From positions 114,270-178,269 of the forward strand of contig MU005959.1 in the NCBI GenBank assembly GCA_010093745.1: a DNA stretch of 64,000 nt, written 5' to 3'. The notes beneath the pieces were generated by a model. It had not been told where the DNA came from. It worked only from the letters and a program-made list of their open reading frames with translations, and made no database searches. Below are positions 26,301-34,622 of the stretch, piece by piece. Both the position numbers and the translations under genes were made by a program. The stretch's first letter is position 1, and the number at the start of each line of letters is the position of its first letter. This stretch comes from Piedraia hortae CBS 480.64. Its lineage: Eukaryota.

Positions 26301-26606
26301 AATACGGTGGCCCAGGAGGACGAAGGAAGTGAGGAGGAGGAGATTGGGGGTAGGGATGCTTCGCGTGTTGTTGGGAGGGTGGAGGCGGGGTTTTTGGTTG
26401 ACGATGATGATAGTGATCATGAGGGAGGGAGTGAGCGGGGGGGTGGGGTGCAGGTGGAGGATGTTGATATGGATGCTGGGTTCGAGAAGACGGCGTCGGT
26501 GGTGGGGGCTGAAGATGGTATGGAGGAAGAGGAGGAAGTGCAGCTCAGGCCGGCGAGGAAGAGGACTAGAGCGGGGTTTTTGGATGATAGTGATGATGAT
26601 GAGTGA
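23388..26606 (+). CDS. TOF1: replication fork protection protein Tof1/Swi1 (Timeless)
   Basis: LQLMVPLTWP, LVLYLFRNIA, SRHHRFGT, QRIFYEE, acidic C-terminus; 1072 aa intronless. Confidence 0.93.
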   Translation: MAEIWEQSGTVDPEVRAYVQSLCNAVGGSSTVDDTYAVGDDALAALNDILRWLRLYDEKLSRYDVKRCLAEANLLKGDLLEILALWPEELQDNKLKAKLALSCLQLMVPLTWPLELEDEKTTVNHARHMPYLQLAQVGYKRAILQYEHASILRTIVRIGLPAMTVERRDRSARDESIIKLVLYLFRNIAVITQPQMLPSLGDENEISRSATIEAFAEQDVFNLLLTIGSGIGDEFQDQDVILLEILFHLVKGVDPSKLFVPSRQLQSDGAEELRSLMRKEKAMHQGYNKTAPSRHHRFGTMIWVKRDDTKLSTVSGQQGLAGPEATLQQMDASKKWNKPKYRGKVVEASELMEFDVPVNLTEKARALLRNFVADFVDSSFNPLFSSLRKAIEREMERVGDTHQRQYLYLIHWLLRAEASRREQTPPSQGQENAFTHIAAVLDQETFVLINRHMQRALDEKAWHDLQATLMAFTQILLTVQAVAASGDEGDEEIAENIQQRIFYEESTHDRIVQILRGYSNQSFGYLDAVTECAHVFVRMLERYSKQNVDLQIRSKRRVHKKKATNNNADQQQPAGSDEEREAHQTIKERQFDFARFSAKLMSQGCVDTFIKLTGYYNELTPEQLKRCHRYFYRLAFKHDLALLLFRVDILQLFYRMIKSQQPLGGDTSREWEQLIRQIFRQCIKWLTKSDDNWKEMCIVEMLFSKIPGYTHYLQTGEAKVIEKRTPRAPAQVEFKPNVDEEQKIPIAVSLLLEKSQDSLTWLKKELKQAILTKSESGAMIFLVPDNEERKSALFRNKHLRLLLSTIGVERVGEKDDADANWIIPGEISAAKLEGIVKSIERAEFDPPSVETEDVLRNQRARKDVVSSTSPSLSDDEEEGHMFPDNLPDTSQRPTKRRKLEIRTRHSVEEETAKERADERKRREKERRSRIKSALYVTASDDEDDEEADKEFFRLEEERRKRYIKEMGAAAANTVAQEDEGSEEEEIGGRDASRVVGRVEAGFLVDDDDSDHEGGSERGGGVQVEDVDMDAGFEKTASVVGAEDGMEEEEEVQLRPARKRTRAGFLDDSDDDE

Positions 26607-27296
26607 GATGATTGTATAAATGTTTACTTCGGGGGGTTGTTGTATGCATGTATACTTATGGTGGGTGGTTAGGACTGGGAGGGGTTGCATTTTCATGCCT
26701 ACGGGCTGGGAATGTATTAAGGTGTCGTGTATTATAACCTTTCCAATCCATGAACCTATCTGCTTGTTAGGCTGGCTGGCAACAAATCTTCAAACACCTT
26801 GAGGTTGGACAGATGACCATCGTCGACCAAATGGTGAGCGAGAAGGTTTTCGCCCTTGTTGTCCGCTGCCAAGACCTACGAGTCAAGTCCGCGTAGTATG
26901 GTGTGTCTTCAAGCTAGCACAGCAAAAGAAAACGAGACGCCTTACTTTGAAAAACTTGTCAGACATGCAGTGTGACCGACTAGAACGTTATATTTGTCAC
27001 AAATCTCACATGAGGTAGACCACCAGGCCGTGGTCCGTGCTTCCCCGCCCAAACCTTCCTTCACGCCAAGCGTCACACTTTACATTTACAGCCTTGATTC
27101 TGTTCATATAGCTCTGCCGTTATGAAGCCTAGGAACAACGCAGAAGTGACGGTCGGGTTGCTCCAGCCAAATATACAAATGCTACAGCAAGCGAGTTATC
27201 TATTATACTTGTCTGCCGATAAAAGCCTGCATTTCCTTCATTCTATCATTGTTCAACCACCTATTCAGTATGCTCTTGACCTTCTTTCACGGTACC

Positions 27297-27947
27297 TTAC
27301 CGAGAAACATTCGTATAGCTTGCTCTGCCAGATCCTTGCTCAATGGTTACTCTGGCGGCTTCTTGCTCGAAATCATACGCGCTCGAGGCATTGCGCCGTC
27401 TTCTCAGAGCCGTAATCGCCCCCTCAGGAATACCGGAGGTGGGCTGGGAATTTAATTGAGTCAAACCGGTCTGTTGTGCACCTTCCACAGTCGAGCCATT
27501 CTGTTGTGCGCCTTCTGTATTGACCTCATTCTGTTCTTCCTGAACCGGATCGCGAGTGATACCATATCTTCTCAAGAAAGGCAGGATCGTCCGGAGCCTA
27601 CGCCCTGCCTCCTCATCAATATCGCCGGAATTCTCTGCGTCGAAATCGGCGCTATGAAGCCCGTGGTGGCAGTATTCTTTGAGAATGGCTTCAATGGCTG
27701 CTTCGGAAACTTCTTTATCGGGGTTGAGCGCCAATACCACAAGAGCGGAGAAGTAAGTATCACTACCATCACCCTTGAGGACGTTAGAGCCTTCCTCCGA
27801 GGATTTCTTATCGTCTCTTTTTCGGTTTCCCCAAAACGTTACAGTTGTGCTTGCAAGGCTACGTGCTGCAACAGAAACCAAGAGCCCAAGCCCAAGTCCA
27901 GCGTAAAGAACTCTGTGGTGCTGCATATGCGTTTTGAAAACGGACAT
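27297..27947 (-). CDS. hypothetical protein with N-terminal hydrophobic/TM segment
   Basis: Open frame of ~216 aa from ATG 27947 (YAGLGLGLLVSVAA; LVVLALNPDKEVSEAAIEAIL); internal TxEGAQQ repeat. Confidence 0.6.
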   Translation of the reverse strand: MSVFKTHMQHHRVLYAGLGLGLLVSVAARSLASTTVTFWGNRKRDDKKSSEEGSNVLKGDGSDTYFSALVVLALNPDKEVSEAAIEAILKEYCHHGLHSADFDAENSGDIDEEAGRRLRTILPFLRRYGITRDPVQEEQNEVNTEGAQQNGSTVEGAQQTGLTQLNSQPTSGIPEGAITALRRRRNASSAYDFEQEAARVTIEQGSGRASYTNVSR

Positions 27948-28367
27948 CTTCTCAACTGATTGATGCTGGTTCCCGCTGGGGTGTGGAAGTTGCGTGAGTT
28001 GTGTCATAAGCCAAGTGCAGTGGTTTAACATAAGCATAGGCTTAAAATGGAAGGTCAGGCTCTCAGGTGAGTTGTAAGCGATGAGTCATGTTATGTGCTC
28101 CGAGAGCTGGACTACACTCCCATTGGTGCGTTTTCCAATGGGAAACACAACGAGTAAGTCGTTTGATAAAGAGAGCCTTATTTCCCAATAGCGCAAGTTC
28201 TTGCGCTTAATCTGACCGATGAGACTTCAAACTTGAAGTCTCCAGTACATGGCTTTGAAAACCCCAACTGGCGAAGGTGATCATCATACAATGCTCTCAG
28301 CCGCTGATATACTGCCTACCTCCACTTTAAGGCTAACAGCGACTCAATAAAAAGGCAAAAAATTGCA

Positions 28368-28811
28368 TTAATGCTCAACCATGCAGTGCAATTCCTTCGG
28401 CAAAACCATCTTTCTCTCCATCAACTCAGCCAAGTTCACTGCCGCCTGCTCATTTCTAGTCCGCGATGTCCAAAACGCTTCATATTCCGCCACGGCGGGT
28501 CCCCAGTCGACCAGTACCTTCTCCAGCCCAGCTATGTTCCGTTCTAAGTCGTTCAAGAGCTTCCTCTCTTCCAGAGCATTATGTTCCACTATTACTTCCA
28601 ACTTATCCAGAATCAGTCCAGCCAACGCAAAGCCAACACTCTCGGTGTTCCAATGTAATTTGAAGAGCTCGCGTGCCTCGTTGGTTATGGTTGTGTCAGA
28701 TATGACGGTGGTGGAGGTGGCGGTAAAGCGCTTTTTTAAGGTGGATGCGTTCGTCCGGAGAGCCGCTAGGCGGACTCGAAGGCTAGCCACGTTGGTGTTG
28801 AGCTCAGACAT
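28368..28811 (-). CDS. orphan small helical protein family, copy 1 (type A)
   Basis: 147 aa; aligns by eye with five neighbours (STLKKRF...EARELFKLHW...GF...AEYE...NLAELME). Confidence 0.75.
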   Translation of the reverse strand: MSELNTNVASLRVRLAALRTNASTLKKRFTATSTTVISDTTITNEARELFKLHWNTESVGFALAGLILDKLEVIVEHNALEERKLLNDLERNIAGLEKVLVDWGPAVAEYEAFWTSRTRNEQAAVNLAELMERKMVLPKELHCMVEH

Positions 28812-29177
28812 TGTGTAAGCTTTGGGTAGGGTGGAGGGTCAGTAATATGTATGCGTGCAGTCTGAATGCAGCGTTGTCGGGGCAGTGAGGGAAAACCGCA
28901 CTGCAAGCTAGTATGAATGCAAGGATAATACTGACTCATCGCCAGCGTGAGTCGTAGCTGGAATGTTCCAGATGGCCTTTACACGTGATCACATAATTTT
29001 GTCTTATGCGGATTGGGAGAAGCCTGATAACCTGGTAGTCTATTCGTCGGAATGCTGGAGACTCCGTAGGACTAAGGAAGGCTACTTATTGTGCGCGCAA
29101 CCTATGAGTTTGCGACGTATACGTCAATTAGTCCCCATTAAGAATAGCATAATTCTGAGCAGCTTTTTCAATGGTCG

Positions 29178-29265
29178 TCCTCATTGGTCTAGTGGTCATG
29201 ATTTCCGCTTGTCACTTCTTGGGTTACGAGCGCGGGAGACCAGGGTTCGATTCCCTGATGGGGAG
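29178..29265 (+). tRNA. tRNA-Asp(GTC), intron 29215-29230
   Basis: TCCTCAT/ATGGGGA acceptor stem, A-box TGGTCTAGTGG, anticodon GTC 29211-29213, B-box GGTTCGATTCC, T6 terminator. Confidence 0.93.
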
Positions 29266-29567
29266 CTTTTTTAAACTCTTGATGTGAATTCCTTGGTACG
29301 AATGCATCCGTGACATTCTCACTCTTTTAACTGAACATTCTACTCTACCAAAACCCTCAAACTACCTCTCAACACGATGCCTAAGGGGTCTCCAATTGAA
29401 GACGTAAAAAGCGTCGATCGGAGAGGGCAATCGGCGATACGAAATATGACAATGCCACATACCTATGTGGCGCTGTTGTATTTCGTACCCTTACCTTAAA
29501 GTTCAACAGCGGCCAAAAACAGAGATAAGAAAGATGTACATCAACCCTTGGGGTTACAAACCATCCC

Positions 29568-30020
29568 TTATGAAAAATCAATCACGCTCTCCATGAGATC
29601 AGCCAAGTTCTAACCCTGCGTAGCATTCTCATATTCAGCCGCAGCGCATGCCAAATAAGTCAGCAACCCTTCCAGAAAGGTCATCAATTCTTCCATGTTG
29701 ACCAAGTGTTCCGCTATGCGCCATTCTTGCAAGTCGAGCCAGGAGGCCGGGAAGCCATCGCCACGGTTGACCGACCTCACTGTGTTACAAACTTCCAATA
29801 ACAACCCCACAACATGCAAATGCCGATCAAAAATCTTAAAAGCTTGGCTCTCATGGCCTCAGTACCTCTCGTGTACCAGGCATGCTCCAGGAGTAACGGT
29901 TGCGTTTAACAAAATGGTGGTGGTAATAGCCGCGAAACGCTATTTCAAGGTGGATAAGGTCGCGTGGATAGCGGTGAGGCGGGTAGAAAGCCCAGCCAAC
30001 CTCGTGTCGATAAAGGACAT
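29568..30020 (-). pseudogene. orphan family copy 2 (type A) with three in-frame stops
   Basis: 151-codon frame MSFIDTRL...STLK*RF...ERY*GHE...ATQG*NLADLMES; TAG 29940-29942, TGA 29859-29861, TAG 29610-29612; no frameshift. Confidence 0.8.
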
Positions 30021-30338
30021 CTTGAGAAAGACACCGTTTGGGAGAGTAAGTAATGTGTGTGTGTGTGTACTCTCGATGCAATGTTGTTGGGACAGTGGTT
30101 GAAAAAAATGCAGAGAAGGCACTTAGTCATTGCGCGAGCTGTAGCTTCCCACACAGAGAGGCCGGCTGAACGATACTCGGAGCATTAAACTCTCAGTAGA
30201 TAATTGTTCCAAGACGTGATCACGCAAATTGTTTCTGACAAATGGGAGGAAGCCTGCTATCGGTTCATGATCACGTGGACGACAAAACCAAAGTAAATCA
30301 TTTGCTCAACGCTTAGCCTTACGATCTACCCCATACGG

Positions 30339-30770
30339 TTAATTCATTTCGCTTTCCATGAGATCAGCCAGGTCCTCCACCGTTTGTTCGATCCGATCCT
30401 GCATGACATCCTCGTATTCAGCCACTATGGCTTCCACGATACCTAGCAGTTCTTCCATCATGTTCTTCCCAAGCTCAACGAGGGTTAAGAAATGCGAAAA
30501 GCGCTCATCTGGCTCGGTCATCGTCCTCTTCGCGCTATAGATACGCAACATTTCTTCCAGCGTAGCTAAAAGGTTACTAATATCCGTAAAGCCCTCCTGC
30601 TCCCCGTCCCATAACATCTCGCGCATCTCTCTTGCTTCGGGAGTTGTCAAATCGACAGCGGGGATGGCGGCGTAGCGCTGCTCCAAGGCGGATATGGTCG
30701 TGTGAATAGCGGCAAAGCGGGCAAAAAGGGTAGCTACCCTGGTGTTAGAATCAGACATCCTATAAGACAT
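30339..30770 (-). CDS. orphan family copy 3 (type B)
   Basis: 143 aa (second ATG at 30758); SALEQRYAAIP...EAREMREMLW...GF...AEYE...DLADLMES. Confidence 0.8.
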   Translation of the reverse strand: MSYRMSDSNTRVATLFARFAAIHTTISALEQRYAAIPAVDLTTPEAREMREMLWDGEQEGFTDISNLLATLEEMLRIYSAKRTMTEPDERFSHFLTLVELGKNMMEELLGIVEAIVAEYEDVMQDRIEQTVEDLADLMESEMN

Positions 30771-30795
30771 CGGGTTGGTGGAGAAGGGTAAGGTA

Positions 30796-30826
30796 TGTGT
30801 GTGTGTGTGTGTATGTGTATATGTGT
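30796..30826. repeat. (TG/CA)n microsatellite upstream of copy 3; related tracts upstream of copies 2 and 5
   Basis: tgtgtgtgtgtgtgtgtatgtgtatatgtgt; similar tracts at ~30054-30068 and ~33604-33629. Confidence 0.85.
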
Positions 30827-31462
30827 ATTCTTTGAAAACAATAATGCTACCCGGCTCGTAATTGCAACTCGCGTTGTGAGCTAGTAGAAATGCAGGGATA
30901 TTACTGGCTTATCGATTGCTTGAGTTGTAGCGCCCGGTACTGAGTATTGACTGCTTTGGTTGACTGTCCCAAATAATCTCCACGCATGGCCATGCAGATC
31001 TTTGGGCGGATGGTAAGAAACCCGTGATCGGCCCGTGATTGTGTTGTCTGTACATCACAATACTGGTAGGCATTTACATCGTGATACTGTGCTAGAAGTT
31101 GATGAGGGCTCATCACAGTATTCCACCCATCCTTCCTGTCAATGTACAGTAGCAGTTTAGCAGGATGAATATGCATAAGATTTTATACAATGGTTCTAGG
31201 AGGACTCTCCAGCTTGACAGGCTGACTTTGTGTTCTTCAGCTAGGCTCAAATTGGCAACGGTCGTGCGCCTTCCGGCAACACGCAATGCAAAACCAACAA
31301 CATGATACATATGTGGATGTTTTCAACTGAAAAGAACTAAATAAATTTTCTTTTGCATTTCAAACATGACTGGCAAGAGCCGGCGACTGTTAATATGGTT
31401 GTAAACACATCGCACCATGCCCGAAGATATAAATATCACTTAAAGCATCTCATTTAATGCAG

Positions 31463-31549
31463 TCCGCATTGGTATAGTGGTCATGGTTTCAGCTTGTAAC
31501 TTGTTGGGTTATAAGTCGGGACACCAGGGTTCGATTTCCCGATCGAGAG
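31463..31549 (+). pseudogene. degenerate tRNA-Asp copy (anticodon position reads GTA)
   Basis: Colinear with the two intact copies including the intron, but acceptor (TCCGCAT/ATCGAGA) and anticodon stems are mispaired. Confidence 0.85.
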
Positions 31550-31667
31550 TTTAATTTTTTAAACGCGTGACGTGAAATTTTAGAAGCCGTAGTGCCCGAG
31601 ACGATCTCACTCTTTGAACGAGACATTCGACTTTACCAAAACTCTCTAGTTACGCCTTAACGCAATG

Positions 31668-32210
31668 TGTCGGAGGGGTGAACCTTCGAGGACTCAAACA
31701 GAACGTAGATCATAGACAAATGTGTGCACTCAACTCTGACCAAAAGTTGGATGTAGATGTCTATCTCTATTTGAGGTAAGGTTCAAAACCCTCTCCACAC
31801 TACCTTAATCCAACCGCATTCGCCAGGACAATATCAGCTAAGACGTGATGTCTGGGTCAAAAGGTGTGTATAACTGTGTACGTATCTACGTGCTGAGAGC
31901 TAATGCAGCGTCCTCCACAGACCCACGGTTGGCCAGACCCTATTTGCCGAGACCACACGATGAAGTGACCTCATCACAGGCGAAAACTCCTCTATGAGGC
32001 AGAAAACCCTGCGAAGCCTCGGGCGTTCTAACTATCACCGATCTACCTCATATGACACAGGGTTCACCGTGCTATCAGCGAACCATCCCTTAAGCATGAA
32101 CGAGACAATGACCCGTCTCAGGGAAAGCTTCCTCTATAGAGGTAAAATCCTGAGAAGTTTCGACTTCTATCTAGGGTTCTGGTCATGGTGAGTGCCACAT
32201 CCTTCTGACA
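31668..32210. mobile_element. solo LTR (543 bp) with 5-bp target-site duplication CAATG
   Basis: TG...CA ends; imperfect terminal inverted repeat TGTCGGAGGGGTG / CATCCTTCTGACA; CAATG at 31663-31667 and 32211-32215; absent from the homologous site of the sister unit (~29375). Confidence 0.85.
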
Positions 32211-32358
32211 CAATGCCTGACGGAGTCTCCAATGTGAGATGTGAAAAAGGGCTGATTGCCTGTCGGTACAGAGTTACATATCCCCTCATCCTAGGGCTCA
32301 ACAGAAGCCCAAAACAGAGACAAGAAAGACGTGCATCAGCTATCAGCGGTACAAATCA

Positions 32359-32850
32359 CTACTTGCGACAAATGAAACAAGTTCTCCATGAGACCAACCA
32401 GGTTCTAAACCTGCATAGCAGGCCATGTTCATCCACGGCGCTTCTCACATCATCCAGTACCTCTTCCAGCAAGGCCATCCAATCTTCCATGTCGATCACG
32501 AGATCCGCCAAGGCCCGTTCTCCTATGTTGAATTTGGGGTTTGGCAAGCTCTCGAAACACGCGAGATTCCTCGCTTTCTCGCTACATAAAGGCAATGACA
32601 ATTCCACGCGGCGCCAATACCGATTAACGCTCTTAAAACCTTGCCTCTCGTAGTCCCAGTATATTTCGCGCATCTCGTGTGCTACCCGTGTGACTGTTGC
32701 GTTAGACAGAAAGGTGGCGGAAATAGCGGTGAAACGCTTTTCCAAGCTGGGTATGATCCAGAGGATATTAAAGAGGCGGGTAGAAAGCTTATCTACACTG
32801 GTGATGATAGCGGCCAATACGAAGAAATGTAGGTCGGGAAAATAATCCAT
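32359..32850 (-). CDS. orphan family copy 4 (type A), altered N-terminus and frameshifted C-terminus
   Basis: 163 aa; LSTRL...SLEKRFTAI...NATVT...EMREIYW...GF; the NLxxLME motif lies in another frame near 32400. Confidence 0.65.
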   Translation of the reverse strand: MDYFPDLHFFVLAAIITSVDKLSTRLFNILWIIPSLEKRFTAISATFLSNATVTRVAHEMREIYWDYERQGFKSVNRYWRRVELSLPLCSEKARNLACFESLPNPKFNIGERALADLVIDMEDWMALLEEVLDDVRSAVDEHGLLCRFRTWLVSWRTCFICRK

Positions 32851-33152
32851 TTTATGTGTGTACTCTCGATGCGGTGTTGTTGGGGCAGTGCTTGATGACG
32901 CCTGGTAAATTGATAAAAATGCAAGGAGATCACTTACTCATCGCTGGCATGAGTTGTAGCTTCCTGCGCGGGACGGTCGAATTAAAGATACGCGGGGCAT
33001 TAAAACTCTCCGCAGAAGACAGTCTTGATACATGATTACGTAGATGGTGTTTGACAAATGAGAAGAAGTTCGCGACCGGCACATAACCGCGTGCGTGGAA
33101 CCCGAAACGGAAAGAAAGTATTTACATCAACGCTTAGGTTACGATCCACTCC

Positions 33153-33569
33153 TTACGACTCATCCATCACGCTCTCAAAGAAATTAACCAGGTCCCTCAC
33201 CGTCTGTTCAATGCGATTCTGCGTAACACCCTCGTATCCAGCCACGATGATTTCCAAGGCATCTAGCAACTCTTTCAAATTGTTCGTCCCAAGCTCAGCC
33301 TCGTCTAAGAAATCCGAACAGTCTTCATCGGGCTCGATCATCGCGTTGTAGATACGCACAATCTGTTCCAAATAGCCCAAAAGGTTATTAATCCCAGTAA
33401 AGCCAGCCTGATCCTCGTCCCAGAGTATCTTGCGCATTTCGCGTGCTCCGCTGGTGGCCAAATCGATGGCGGGGATGGCGAGGTAGCGCTGCTCCAAGGC
33501 AGATCTGGTCGTGCGGAGGGCGGCGAGGTGGGCAAGAACCCTAGCCATCCTGATATTACAATCTGACAT
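33153..33569 (-). CDS. orphan family copy 5 (type B)
   Basis: 138 aa from MSDCNIRM; closest to copy 3 (SALEQRY.AIPA.DL.T..AREMR..LWD..Q.GFT.I.NLL, RIEQTV.DL). Confidence 0.8.
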   Translation of the reverse strand: MSDCNIRMARVLAHLAALRTTRSALEQRYLAIPAIDLATSGAREMRKILWDEDQAGFTGINNLLGYLEQIVRIYNAMIEPDEDCSDFLDEAELGTNNLKELLDALEIIVAGYEGVTQNRIEQTVRDLVNFFESVMDES

Positions 33570-34269
33570 TCTATAAGAATTCGGGTTGGTGGAGAAGGGT
33601 GTTTGTGTGCGTGCGTTCGTGTGTGTGTGCTCTCTGAAAAAATAATACGATGTAACCGGGCCCGTGATTAAGAACCGCCTTGCGATCCAATATAAATCCA
33701 AGCATATCACTGGCTTATCGCTGGAATGGGTGGTAACGCCCTCTTCGGAGCCTTGCAACATTTGGGAGAATATTTAATCCTATATATGGCACGCAGAGCT
33801 CTTCAGCGGATGGTAAGCTGATCAAAGTGCAAGGAGATCACTGACCTATCGCTGGACGAAGTATTGGGTCTCTTCACAGACCTTCGAACATAGTTTCCAC
33901 GCACTATTATGCAGATATTCAAACTGGTGGCAAGGAGCCCGCAATCGGCTCGTAATGTGTGACATATACATCAAAGATCGATGCAGGCTCAACACCGTCG
34001 ACATTATTCATCACCCAATATTTTTTTCTTGCAAACCACAGTAGCAGTTCAGCACAATATATGCAAGGGTGTTCACAATGCGCTCGATACGCCGCACTCC
34101 ACAGTACTATGTTCCCAACTGGTCGAGCTTTATTTCACCCTCAACTGTCCGTCTAAGGGAACATCCCACTTTGCTGACCACTTCTGGCCTCCCAAACTCT
34201 ATTGCAAACACCCATTCAACCATATACCCGAGGATATAAACAAAACTTTAGACATCTACTCTAACGAAG

Positions 34270-34354
34270 TCCTCATTGGTCTAGTGGTCATGATTTCCGC
34301 TTGTCACTTGGGTTATAAGCGCGGGAGACCAGGGTTCGATTCCCTGATGGGGAG
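34270..34354 (+). tRNA. tRNA-Asp(GTC), intron 34307-34319
   Basis: Mature sequence identical to the 29178 copy; anticodon 34303-34305; long T-run terminator. Confidence 0.94.
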
Positions 34355-34622
34355 TTTTTTTTTTTGCCTGTCATATACCCGCTGGGCATGATTGCGCCTG
34401 GACGATTCCACTTTCACAACTGAACATCCTTACCAGATGAATTACCCATCAACGCACCACCTGATGGAGCCTCCACCATAAAACACAAAAATGACCAACC
34501 AACGAGCATGATTGCTTGGCAGCGCACAAACTTCCTCGTCCCAAACTTCCTCACCCAAAAACGAAAACAAAAGAAAAATCAATCATCTCTCAACGGTACA
34601 ATTCATACCCTACGAAAAGTCA

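Noticed and set aside
33570..33761. N-terminal extension of copy 5 (202-aa ORF) as a long/short isoform pair
   Set aside because: It runs through the CA-rich tract and is not open in sister copy 3, so it is likely incidental
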